Of a stretch of DNA of 64,000 nucleotides, positions 20,624-30,394 are shown one piece after another (position 1 is the first letter of the stretch; each line of letters opens with the position of its first letter). Where the stretch lies: the NCBI GenBank assembly GCA_963799845.1, contig CAWCYI010000006.1, positions 512,001 through 576,000 of the forward strand, read 5' to 3'. This DNA comes from an uncultured Nitrososphaerota archaeon. GTDB lineage: Archaea; Thermoproteota; Nitrososphaeria; Nitrososphaerales; CADDZS01. The translations under genes and the position numbers were made by a program. The notes beneath the pieces were generated by a model. The model saw only the letters and a program-made list of their open reading frames with translations. It did no database searches and was not told where the DNA came from.

Positions 20624-21367
20624 GTGGACACAAACTTTAGAGCTCGCGCCGTTGTTTTTGATCTATTTAGCGCAGTAGTAGACCCTGACGAATTCCGTCC
20701 AAAAGAATTCAACATCATAGCAAAGATCGCCGAGGTGTTTAATCTCGACCCAACTGTTTTCAACAAATACTGGAATGAATCAGCTCATGTTAGGAACACG
20801 AGCAGATCGAGAAAACCGCTTGACCTTATTGAAGACTATTTGGCGAGAAACAATTGCAGACGCCCATCAAAGGGTGACATGTTAATCGCTGATACACTGC
20901 TCGGCAGGTACTTCGATATGGCATTGCAAAATCCAAAGTCGGACGTCACTTTCGCTCTGCACAACCTGAAGTACCAAGGTCTGAAGCTGGGCGCTATTTC
21001 GAACACGAACTCCAGAGAGATTTCGACATGGTTTCGCTCGCCTCTTTCGGGAGTATTCGAAACGACGAGTTTTTCCTGTAACACTGGATTTGAGAATCCC
21101 TCTTTGGAGGCGCATAATTTCATCCTCAATCGTCTGGGCATAGTTTCGAGCTCCTGTGTTTATGTCAGTGGCGGAGATGCTCGTATGTTGAAGGGAGCTA
21201 AAGATGTGGGATACGGGATGATAATTTTCATGGAGGGATTCGTTGCAAAGCATCACAGTCTGCCAGATCAAGAAATTGCAGATTCTGAGGCAATGGCTGA
21301 CGCAACAATTCAGAGGATTTCAGAACTCGAGGAGCTCCTAAGACCGGGGCAGACCCAGCTTGTCTAA
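20624..21367 (+). CDS. HAD-superfamily hydrolase-like protein with degenerate motifs
   Basis: VVFDLF, GAISN, FSCNTGFENP. Confidence 0.75.
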   Translation: MDTNFRARAVVFDLFSAVVDPDEFRPKEFNIIAKIAEVFNLDPTVFNKYWNESAHVRNTSRSRKPLDLIEDYLARNNCRRPSKGDMLIADTLLGRYFDMALQNPKSDVTFALHNLKYQGLKLGAISNTNSREISTWFRSPLSGVFETTSFSCNTGFENPSLEAHNFILNRLGIVSSSCVYVSGGDARMLKGAKDVGYGMIIFMEGFVAKHHSLPDQEIADSEAMADATIQRISELEELLRPGQTQLV

Positions 21368-21562
21368 AATTAGGCAGTAATTCGTTTCGATTAGTTACTA
21401 AGAGTCCATCTTCACTTGTGGTCAGTTTGGAGATTTACTGAACTATGAAATAGGTGCTCCGGCCGAGAATTGCACCAATAAGTGTAAATCCCCTTTTTCT
21501 AGAGAAGTCAGGGAATCAACGACTCGGCAGTCCTATTTTAGAACCTGAATTTGATACCTGGC

Positions 21563-22291
21563 CTACTCCTCCGCAGCACCCCCTCGTTCCCGCAGATGCC
21601 TACGGAGAGTATAGGAAGGATCTGAATTACGCTTTGCTAGGTACCCATCTAAGTCCAATTGTTCAGAAAGCTTCTTTCCGTCCTGAATAGCCTCTGCTTG
21701 TTGCCGCTCGACCTTCCAAATGGACTTGCCAGCTTCCAGCACTTCTTCGATTGTGGCCGATGGCACGAAAAGTACGCCATCTTCATCCGCAAAAACCACA
21801 TCATCACCGTCAACAGTGAAACCGTCCCATTGAGCTGAAGAAAGATCCTGGGGAATCCTCTTATCGACGCGACGAGGACCCGCTGGATACGACCCATAGC
21901 TGAACACGGGAAAGCCCAACCGCACCAACTCTTTCGTGTCCCGATGATAACCCCGCACGACCAAACCCGCTACGCCCCACGCCCGGGCCTCCATAACAGT
22001 CAAATCACCCACGCAACTCTCGTCGCTTCGACCATCGTTATCCACAACCAGCACGTCTCCAGGCAGCGCCTTCCTCAAGACCTCAAGGAAAACGTCTACA
22101 CTCCCTCGGTGATGAGCGGGTAGCGCCCGACCTGCAACGCGCGTGTCAGGCACTAACGGACGTATGCCAGACGGGGCGATGCGCAAGGGGACTTGAAGGC
22201 GCACACATGCATCGGCGATAAGAGGAGTAGAAAGATTGGAAAAGGCGCTTTCCAACAATTTGTTGTCCATTGCGATCGTCCATTTTTTCAT
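21563..22291 (-). CDS. RraA/HMG aldolase family protein
   Basis: [33 protein letters not shown]. Confidence 0.9.
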   Translation of the reverse strand: MKKWTIAMDNKLLESAFSNLSTPLIADACVRLQVPLRIAPSGIRPLVPDTRVAGRALPAHHRGSVDVFLEVLRKALPGDVLVVDNDGRSDESCVGDLTVMEARAWGVAGLVVRGYHRDTKELVRLGFPVFSYGSYPAGPRRVDKRIPQDLSSAQWDGFTVDGDDVVFADEDGVLFVPSATIEEVLEAGKSIWKVERQQAEAIQDGKKLSEQLDLDGYLAKRNSDPSYTLRRHLRERGGAAEE

Positions 22292-22753
22292 GCCTGTAAT
22301 TAAGCATGAATGGCAAGTTGCAGGCGAAGGAGTTACACTACCTTTGTCGTCAAAGGGACTGTCACTGCGGAGTGAAATAAATCAGAACGAGTTAAGTGAT
22401 CTTACTTTCTTAATGATGGCAGAGAAGACCGCAACTCTGTGAGTAACCTATCTAGTTGAAAACGGAATAAGCCTGTCCAAAGAATAGGAGTTATCTTGAA
22501 GAAAAGAATCTGCCAGCGAAATGCGACAATTCACGAGGAAAGTATTGCTCGGTGAATTTAAGACAAGACTTATTCGTTAGCGCAATTTTCGATGGCTCGA
22601 CAGCAAGACAGTTTGTAAAGAAGCCATATTATCCAAATTGTTCACCGACTCGAGAAAGACCGACAAACCTTTGGCCTTCTACCTCTCGCGTCCGTTTCGA
22701 GATACTGATAAATCAGAGATTAAGTTACGCATTGAGCAAATCTGGAGGTTTTC

Positions 22754-23635
22754 ATGGATATGTCATTAGTTGAACAGGTTCGAAGCTTCAATCGGACCAT
22801 GACAGAGCGCGTTGGTGTACTCAACGATCACTTCCTGGGCCGAAACCATCCTCTTGGTGAAGCACGGCTCTTGTGGGAGATCGGAGAAGAGGGGGCGAGA
22901 ATTCGGGAACTCCGACGTCGGCTTGGGCTCGATTCTGCTAACGTCAGCCGCCTGCTGCGCTCTCTTGAGAAACAAGGCTTGATTTTGGTGAGGACGAGTG
23001 AGAATGACGGAAGAGTTCGCCTAGTCCAGCTTACCGATGCTGGCCTTCGTGAGCGAGCAGAGCTTGATCACCGAGCCGATGCTTTCGCCCGTTCTCTCGT
23101 GGAGCCACTCAGCAAGAGCCAGCGCGTCAAACTAGTCGCAGCAATGTCACAGGTAGAGCGGCTTCTGATCGCATCAATGGTCCAGGTCACAGTTGCCGAT
23201 CCAACCAGTCAGGATGCCAGATGGTGCTTTGAGCAGTACTTCACCGAACTGGGGCGGCGCTTTGATAGTGGTTTCGATCCTACCCTTAGCATTTCGGCGA
23301 ATGCGCACGAACTCACTTCCCCAGCTGGTCTGTTGCTCGTTGCCTATCTGCGAGAGGAGCCTGTGGGCTGTGGTGCATTAAAGTTTCACGAGAACACTGT
23401 CGGGGAACTCAAACGTATGTGGGTAGCTCCACGAGCGCGTGGTCTTGGGCTGGGACGGCGTCTGCTCGTGGCGCTGGAGCAATCAGCAAGGGAAGCGGGA
23501 ATCACGATCCTTCACCTGGAAACGAACCGCACACTCATTGAAGCCATCGAGCTGTACCGAAACTCTCGATACCAGGAGGTAGAAGCCTTCAACGAAGAGC
23601 CCTATGCACATCACTGGTTTGAAAAGCGCCTTTGA
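22754..23635 (+). CDS. MarR-GNAT fusion regulator
   Basis: N-terminal wHTH (SRLLRSLE..DGRVR) and C-terminal GNAT (ELKRMWV..ARGLGLG). Confidence 0.92.
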   Translation: MDMSLVEQVRSFNRTMTERVGVLNDHFLGRNHPLGEARLLWEIGEEGARIRELRRRLGLDSANVSRLLRSLEKQGLILVRTSENDGRVRLVQLTDAGLRERAELDHRADAFARSLVEPLSKSQRVKLVAAMSQVERLLIASMVQVTVADPTSQDARWCFEQYFTELGRRFDSGFDPTLSISANAHELTSPAGLLLVAYLREEPVGCGALKFHENTVGELKRMWVAPRARGLGLGRRLLVALEQSAREAGITILHLETNRTLIEAIELYRNSRYQEVEAFNEEPYAHHWFEKRL

Positions 23636-23926
23636 ACGTGCGCCACGGGGAGACCAATCGCAATCGGTTTTCCCCCCAATAACCTCTTTCTCAAAAAATA
23701 CAATCCCTCTTTAGACAATCACACGATTTACTACATCGATTGAGATCACTCCTCTTACGTTGAGAGAGTCCCCTTTTTCTCATTGTGACCGAGGTGAAAT
23801 CAGGGCTTTCCCACCAATTTCGTTGGATGGTTCAGGCAGTTCGTAACAAAGCATAGTGATTCATGGAAAATGATTTTCCATTCGGTGTTTAGTTTCAGTA
23901 TGCTTAGCTTTGGAATTTTTCATCCC

Positions 23927-24856
23927 TTATCGAAACACTTCTGTCGTCAGGTACTTCAGCCCGGTGTCCACGGCAATCGTTACAATGTTCTTTTCTCCAC
24001 CTAATTTCTTTGCAATCTGGAGCGCGCAGAGAACATTCGCACCCGTAGAGGTGCCTGAAAATATTCCCTCATCTCTCGCCAATCTTCTAGCAGTTTCCTG
24101 CGCCTCCTCGGTCGAAACAGTTACAATTTCATCGTAGAGATCCTGCCTAAGAAGCGGTGGGACAAATCCTACGCCTATACCTTCGATGTGGTGGGTTCCT
24201 TTGATTCCCTTAGAGACCTGCGGTGTTTCTGTAGGTTCTACAAGGAAAACACCGATTTCCTTTCTTTTAGCTTTGAGCACTTCCGCCACTCCCATGGCAC
24301 AGCCAGCAGTACCAAATGCCGCCACGAATGCATCTAGATTGCCATAAAGCTGATTCAGGATCTCAGTTCCGATTGTATTGTACCCTTTCAGTTGATTTTT
24401 GTTGTAAAACTGATTTGTGCGATAAGTGTGAGGCTCCTTGTCCATTACTTCCGCTACCTCCATCATTCTAGGTATAAGATCGGGAGTCATCTTACCGTCT
24501 TCACTTGGCACAATGGTCAAGTCCGCGCCGAATGCTTTCATTGTATTCCTTTTTTCTTCCGAGAACGCGTCCGAGGTCACTATCTTGAGTCTGTAACCTT
24601 TGAATGCACAAACGAAGGCAAGTGAGGTTCCAGTGCTACCTGCAGTCTATTCTAGGACCGTATCGCCCCGCTTCAACAGCTCCTGCCTTTCCGCTCCTTC
24701 TATCATCGCGAGAGCCATTCTGTCCTTCATGCTTCCTGTAGGATTGAAGAACTCCAGTTTGACGAAAACATTCGCATCAAGCCCTCTGGTCATCTTGTTT
24801 AGCCTAACTAGCGGGGTATCTCCTATAGAGAGAAGAACACTGTTTCTGACATTCAT
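23927..24856 (-). pseudogene. cysK: cysteine synthase family PLP enzyme with in-frame TAG at 24647-24649
   Basis: KLEFFNPTGSMKDR, then VLE*TAGSTGTSL in the same frame, GTAG, IEGIG; 309 codons if read through. Confidence 0.85.
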
Positions 24857-24953
24857 GTTAAGTAATCCGTCTGATCACGGAGAAGAATGTCATATTTCCA
24901 ACATAATGCTCCGTTTGCAATCCAAAAAAGATCCTCAATAGAAATCGACATAG

Positions 24954-25790
24954 CTACACGTCCAGCTTGAAAATCTTTCTGACCTGACCTTCGAACCTAG
25001 ATTGGGGTAGGAGCCTCTTGAATAAGAGGGCTGTCTTCTCTCTACCGACAGCATAACGAAGTTTGGGCTTTTCAGTCTCGATTACTCTAAGTACTGTTTC
25101 TGCAACAAGTCTAGGATCCTGCGCATTCTCGGAGCGTTTCCTGATTTCCGATAGAAATCTCATGCGAACTTGATTGTAATCATCGATTCTCACCTTGACA
25201 ATCTTGGCGGAGCTAGCGATGTTTGTACGGAAGAACCCAGGCTCAAGGATCGAAACGTTGATGCCAAGTCTCTTCGTCTCGTGCCTAAGCGCTTCAGTAA
25301 ACCCTTCGAGCGCGAATTTGGAGACAGCGTAAAATCCATGAAAGGGGAGAGCGAATTGCCCCGCGAGCGACCCTATGTTGATGATTTGTCCACTACGTTG
25401 CTTTCGCATCGTCGGTAGGACTGCCCTAACTATTCTAAGTGCTCCGAACAGGTTCGTTTCAAGTTGCAGTTTCGCCTCCTCAATGGTTGTTTCTTCTATC
25501 CTACCGATTGACACGAATCCTGCGTTGTTCACGAGCACATCGAGATGACCTTCAGTCTTTTGTTTTAGAGCGTCAACACATGGACCTGCGGACTCGTCTG
25601 AGTTCACATCGAGTGGAAGCACCTCGAACTTACGGGTCGATTGACCGTCTCTGGAGGGATTGCGACTTGTCCCAAACACCTTATACCCGCGCTCAGCGAG
25701 AAGATTAGATGTGGCCTTGCCAAAGCCTGACGAGGCTCCCGTGACGAGAACAACTTTCGGGCGAGAGGATGTATTGTTTTTGTAAGCCAA
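24954..25790 (-). CDS. short-chain dehydrogenase/reductase
   Basis: TGASSGFG, NNAG, YAVSK. Confidence 0.93.
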   Translation of the reverse strand: MAYKNNTSSRPKVVLVTGASSGFGKATSNLLAERGYKVFGTSRNPSRDGQSTRKFEVLPLDVNSDESAGPCVDALKQKTEGHLDVLVNNAGFVSIGRIEETTIEEAKLQLETNLFGALRIVRAVLPTMRKQRSGQIINIGSLAGQFALPFHGFYAVSKFALEGFTEALRHETKRLGINVSILEPGFFRTNIASSAKIVKVRIDDYNQVRMRFLSEIRKRSENAQDPRLVAETVLRVIETEKPKLRYAVGREKTALLFKRLLPQSRFEGQVRKIFKLDV

Positions 25791-25923
25791 TTAGTCTTCA
25801 CGCCATTTGAACAATCGAACTGCTAACGCGAAGAACGCGATGGATGCGACTGCGAGCACAGCAAGGTCTGTAAGTGCAACGCTGTAGTTTCCGTAAACCA
25901 TGACGTTGATCAGCCCGTCTATC
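25791..25923 (-). pseudogene. C-terminal remnant of an ABC-2 type permease
   Basis: translates IDGLINVMVYGNYSVALTDLAVLAVASIAFFALAVRLFKWRED*; no upstream gene body. Confidence 0.65.
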
Positions 25924-26092
25924 GCGCACGAACTTATCTCATTCCTCTAGGAATCCTTCTCCCACCTGCAAAGATCAATGCCATTTGTTCATGACAATTT
26001 CTCTAATTTGCAATAGTTGAAAAGTAGTATCAATTACTCTCGTTAATATAAGTTGGAGTGGCGTCGACGACCTCGGGAGATTTAATCTGAAA

Positions 26093-26800
26093 TTATGAAA
26101 CCGCTTCCAAGCTTATGAATGGATGTAACGAATTGAGAATCTTGTTCTCGGCTTTTCTCAAGTGATCGACGAAACTCGAGCGGGGAATACGCATCGCCTT
26201 TGCTACTTTGGCCGCGTTCGCCCCTCTCGGTTTCTTGTAGTATCCGATATCAAGTGCCGTTTGCAATGCGGTTTTCTGCTTCGAGGTCAGCTCGCCGAAC
26301 AAACTGGATCTTGATATATTCAGATTATCGCGAACTACGTCGCCGTCCACCTTCCTCCTTGACAGCATCTCGATTTTTCCGTAGCTATCAAGGTTGGAGA
26401 ATAATTTCCTGATGTCCGTCTGGGAAAATGCTATGACGCGACACAATTCCGAACCTTGCTGAAATATGTACGGCTGCAACACCAGGCAGTTGAATCGATC
26501 TATGGTCACCAGTGGAGGAGAAATGACTTTCTTGCAGATACACTGGCTGAAGACTATGCGGAGAGTGCTCTTTGTTAGAGATTTTCGTATAATCTTGGAC
26601 TGGAGGTTCTTCGCTAAATCCTGGATGTCTCCCTGAATCTCCTTATCGATTGAAGACAGTCCACCGATCTCGATATAGTCCTTGTGCCAGTTGCACCACT
26701 GTGAAATCGACACGCCTTGATGAGTTGAAGTGAAACGCCCAAACGGGGAATCGTACTGTATTCTGAATGTAATCTCATAGTGGGTCATAAGATTCTGCAA
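26093..26800 (-). CDS. bacterio-opsin activator-type HTH (HTH_10) regulator
   Basis: LTSKQKTALQTALDIGYY..PR..HLRKAENKI. Confidence 0.9.
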   Translation of the reverse strand: MQNLMTHYEITFRIQYDSPFGRFTSTHQGVSISQWCNWHKDYIEIGGLSSIDKEIQGDIQDLAKNLQSKIIRKSLTKSTLRIVFSQCICKKVISPPLVTIDRFNCLVLQPYIFQQGSELCRVIAFSQTDIRKLFSNLDSYGKIEMLSRRKVDGDVVRDNLNISRSSLFGELTSKQKTALQTALDIGYYKKPRGANAAKVAKAMRIPRSSFVDHLRKAENKILNSLHPFISLEAVS

Positions 26801-26851
26801 ACATTGAGCGCATTTATAGTAACAACTGTACCGTGACGGTAGTGTGAAACA

Positions 26852-27301
26852 TTAGTTGATTTTGGGTAACAGGCGGGAAATATTCGGCCCATCGACTCGA
26901 TTAGAGTTGGGAATGTCTTTCATGCTTTTGATCGAATCAGATACGGGGACATCCTTCATGATCTGCGAAAAGACTGAATCTGGTAGGAAGATCGCCGGCG
27001 CGCCGGGGAATTTCTTGAAAGTTGAGTTCAACAGTCGCTCGAAGACTCCAAGCTTTGAAAGATCTACTATCTTGACCGATAGACCAGCTTGTACGGCCAG
27101 ATCCGTGGCGTACTGGACCATGAGCTTCTGAGTCTCTTCTAGCTGATCCTCGTATAGAACCTTGCGTTCTGGGAGAGTCGTAAGAGGGATGACCCACCGA
27201 GCTGGCATAGGGACAATGATGCAGCTGACAGCCACACGCTTTGATCTCACGAAGACCTTTACAATCCGAGGTTTATGTTTGGTCCCCAAGTCCTTTTGCA
27301 C
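26852..27301 (-). CDS. hypothetical protein
   Basis: 149-aa ORF co-oriented with the HTH_10 gene. Confidence 0.6.
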   Translation of the reverse strand: MQKDLGTKHKPRIVKVFVRSKRVAVSCIIVPMPARWVIPLTTLPERKVLYEDQLEETQKLMVQYATDLAVQAGLSVKIVDLSKLGVFERLLNSTFKKFPGAPAIFLPDSVFSQIMKDVPVSDSIKSMKDIPNSNRVDGPNISRLLPKIN

Positions 27302-27979
27302 TTCTATTCCAGAATAACGTGGGAATTACACTTGGTTCTTGTGCCGTTCCCTGCCGGGTATTCTTTTAGTGGGGCAGGAAATGGGGTCCGACTTTTGGAT
27401 GAGTCGCCGCGTGTCTACTGCAACTCATAGGGAAGCACGCGTAGCCGTTCAAGATAGTATCAGCACTCCATGTGTATTAAGTACCCCGCGCGCGCTAGAG
27501 AGTCGAGTACTTTTCGGTGCTTCTTCATATTTTTCTTGGCTATTTTTAGGAAGTCTCGATGGACTGCCATAATTCTGCACTTCTTTAGCAAGTAATAGAG
27601 CCGCACGACTCCCCCGGCGTCGAACTTCGAAGCCAATCTAAGATACGAACCGAAAGAGCCGTACAAAGTCCTCTTAAGCTGAAACTCGATTTAAGTAAAA
27701 GAAGAGTTCTAGCGCTCGGTGATCGAGAACTCTCGTATATCGGGTTCAGAAAGACTCGAAATAGATTAGCCGTTTCTGGCGTCTTTATTCTAGTAAATTG
27801 GGGTTCAAATCCCAAATCTCACGTTTAGGAATTATACAATGTAGAGGATTTACTACAAGGTTTGCATATGAAAGTAATGTGCCGTCATTGGCTTGAGTGG
27901 TGTTAGAGCAGAGCCATGCCCTAAACTTTAGACGGCCAAGCATGAGAAGTTCTAGCTGCACAGAATAATAGTAAAAGCA

Positions 27980-28141
27980 TGCTCCGGCCGGGATTTGAAC
28001 CCGGGTCAGTGACTCTGGAGTTCCCCTTGCAAGGGAAATATCTCCCATATTTCTACGACGAGAGGCCACTATGCTTTTCCGTTAGATTCCGACGAAACGT
28101 ACTTTTCCAGCGAAATCAAGGCCGGGCTACACCACCGGAGC
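27980..28141 (-). tRNA. tRNA-Glu(CTC) with two introns (D-loop 28077-28119; canonical 37/38 at 28015-28058)
   Basis: GCTCCGG/CCGGAGC acceptor stem, GTGGC-CT-CTC-GA-GTCAC anticodon arm after splicing, GGGTTCAAATCCC T-arm. Confidence 0.9.
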
Positions 28142-28155
28142 GCTCTTCTTCACAA

Positions 28156-28380
28156 CTATTGCCCGCCGAGAATATTCTTTGCGGCGAGCCTTATATCTGA
28201 AGCTTTCACCGTATGTCTGCCCGCATGCAATGACAACTCGATTGCACTTTTCGCGATCTGGTTTGCAAGGTTTTGAACCACACGGCGGAGTTCCTCTGCC
28301 GCTTCATCGCTGACACGTTCGGCCCCAGATTTTTTGATTATCCGGTACACGGCAGCAAGACCGAATTCTGTTTCAGACAA
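28156..28380 (-). CDS. archaeal histone (HMf family)
   Basis: LAAVYRIIKKSGAERVS..HAGRHTVKASDIRLA; likely TTG start at 28380. Confidence 0.95.
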   Translation of the reverse strand: MSETEFGLAAVYRIIKKSGAERVSDEAAEELRRVVQNLANQIAKSAIELSLHAGRHTVKASDIRLAAKNILGGQ

Positions 28381-28499
28381 GTGACTCCTCGAAATCGAAA
28401 CGCATGCCGCGAGCATATTTTAACTTTGAGCGGCGCCATCTAAAAAGCAGAAATACGTCAAGGGACAGGCTTACTCTGTTAGTTTTTTTCTAGCCGAGA

Positions 28500-29531
28500 G
28501 TGAAATTAAATTTGCGTATCGCTGTAGTCGGCCTTGGAGTCGCGGGAAGTTATCTTCTAAACCGTCTCAGTAAGGAGCATGAAGTTACTGGATATGAAAT
28601 GCAGAAGGAGGGGGAATTCCAGGCAGTATGTGCGTGGGGTACTTCCAAAAATGAATTGAAGAAGATAATGAAGCCTCTTGGGATCGATTTCGAGAAATAC
28701 GTTCTGTTTAACGGGAAGGAAATGGCCGTCGATACCGGAAAGGAGGAATTTAGACGAATCCCACTGATAGGGCTCGTCACTTACGACAAGCACCAGCTCG
28801 AAGTCGATCTTACGAAGGGAAAGAATGCGAAATTCGGAGTAAAGGCAACGCCATCGCTTCTCAAAGACGAGAATTACGATATGATAATAGACTGCACCAG
28901 CATCCACCGAGCATTTTTACCAAAAGTTAAGGAAGATCTGTGGGTGCCATGTGTAGAGTACAGGGTCGACTATGGCAAGGGGAACACTCCCTATCAGGAT
29001 TTCTTCATCCGACCGTTCGAGGGCTTGAGTGGATATTTTTGGTATTTCCCGCTTGAAGACGGACTCGCCTACGTCGGGGCGGGAGATTTTAACAAACACC
29101 ACAACGAATTCCTGGATAAATTCAATTCGGACAACCCGGGCAAACTGATCAAGAAGATTGGCAGACCGATCAGGATTTCGCCGCCAAAGTACTGCGAGCC
29201 GTTCTACATCGGGAATGTTGTTGGCTGCGGCGAATCGATCGGCACTGTGTTTCCACTCCTGGGTGAAGGAATTATTCCCAGCCTCCAGTGCGCGGACCTG
29301 CTTTGTAAGAATCTGACCGATCTTCCGGCATACAGGAAAGCTGTCTTGGAAAAGTTCGAATACTTCAATTACGTTTACGACATTATCAAACTGAAATTCG
29401 CTGGAAAGTTCAACATGGTGAGACACCTGCCCTTAATGCTGAAGACCTACCGCGAGATGAAGAAGATGGAAGATCGGTTTGGTCTCGAAGTCAGGTTGGC
29501 TGATTTCAAAGATATCATTTCAACCTACTAG
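28500..29531 (+). CDS. geranylgeranyl reductase-like flavoprotein
   Basis: VVGLGVAG, GYFWYFP, GESIGTVFPLLGEGI. Confidence 0.85.
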   Translation: MKLNLRIAVVGLGVAGSYLLNRLSKEHEVTGYEMQKEGEFQAVCAWGTSKNELKKIMKPLGIDFEKYVLFNGKEMAVDTGKEEFRRIPLIGLVTYDKHQLEVDLTKGKNAKFGVKATPSLLKDENYDMIIDCTSIHRAFLPKVKEDLWVPCVEYRVDYGKGNTPYQDFFIRPFEGLSGYFWYFPLEDGLAYVGAGDFNKHHNEFLDKFNSDNPGKLIKKIGRPIRISPPKYCEPFYIGNVVGCGESIGTVFPLLGEGIIPSLQCADLLCKNLTDLPAYRKAVLEKFEYFNYVYDIIKLKFAGKFNMVRHLPLMLKTYREMKKMEDRFGLEVRLADFKDIISTY

Positions 29532-29573
29532 ATTTTATCTTCGAGAGTTCTCTGGACACCTCCCTGAGAATAA

Positions 29574-29978
29574 TTGATTTCTTACGAAAAAGCGCCCGAC
29601 GTCGAACAGCTCGCAGCCCTCGTCATTCGGGCGCTTACTCTGGATTATATCGACACCAACAGGCTACATTTTTACAGGAGCACCGGCAGCAGGTCAAGGC
29701 GAGTCCAGGCTAGAATTCATGGCATGGGGAAAATCTGGTTTGACGCGCTGGGATTGAAACCGCATTATATCATCGAAGTGATTTCCGAAGAGTTCGACCG
29801 GCTTGAACAGATCGAAAAAGAGAGGGTTGTCATCCATGAGCTGATGCATATCCCTTCAAAATTCAGCGGCGGTTTTGTGCCCCACAAGGGAAAAATAAAT
29901 CGAAGATCGGTCGAGAAAATGCACAAGGTATATTCTGAACGGAAAAATTCTCTCGACTCGTTTGTGAAGTCGCAGTGA
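29574..29978 (+). CDS. putative zinc metallopeptidase
   Basis: HELMH HExxH motif, ARIHG, YIIEVISEEF. Confidence 0.8.
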   Translation: MISYEKAPDVEQLAALVIRALTLDYIDTNRLHFYRSTGSRSRRVQARIHGMGKIWFDALGLKPHYIIEVISEEFDRLEQIEKERVVIHELMHIPSKFSGGFVPHKGKINRRSVEKMHKVYSERKNSLDSFVKSQ

Positions 29979-30062
29979 TCACTAGACAATATTACGGAAC
30001 GTTTTTTTAACAGCTGAAGGATTGGGATCGGGTGGCTTAGGAGTGCATCAACCAGGCATCGA

Positions 30063-30372
30063 ATGGGAGCCAGGCAAAACCAAAGAGGAGGAGCTCGACG
30101 TCGTCAGGCAGTTCTTGTAGACTTTGAATTTCCTCCGCCATCAATTTCCCCAATTTATGCAAAGCCGGTATCCTACCTGATGATAGCAGCGCTCGCACTC
30201 ACTTTTTCCGGATTTGAGCTCGCCAGGCCACACATGGCGAAATTTACAAAGTCTCAAATGTCTTTCATTAAGCTGATCGCATTCGTTGGGATCGCTCTAG
30301 CTGCGTACGAAGTTTTCTACAACTTTGCCATCTGGACAGCAGAGATTGCGACAAATTCCCTCTTGGGTGTTC
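30063..30372 (+). pseudogene. membrane protein fragment truncated by an insertion
   Basis: two TM segments (IYAKPVSY.., YEVFYNFAIW); the frame runs into an IS end at 30373. Confidence 0.55.
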
Positions 30373-30394
30373 GTGACATCCTCCCACGGCTGAA

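Noticed and set aside
24647-24649. Genome-wide amber recoding
   Set aside because: TAG cleanly terminates many conserved genes here (for example TrmB, Nudix and the GGR-like reductase).
27460-27815. Short minus-strand ORFs as a toxin-antitoxin pair
   Set aside because: No recognisable motif; the ORFs overlap and look degraded.
27801-27943. tRNA-like fragments on the plus strand (GGGTTCAAATCCC at 27801, CGGCCAAGCAT at 27933) suggesting a permuted tRNA or att site
   Set aside because: No acceptor stem or anticodon arm can be built, and the orientation is inverted relative to tRNA-Glu, so it is not a direct att repeat.
28917-29426. Long antisense ORFs (also 34485-34982, 35163-35699, 59868-60683)
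   Set aside because: These are shadow or alternate frames of well-supported genes and show no motifs.
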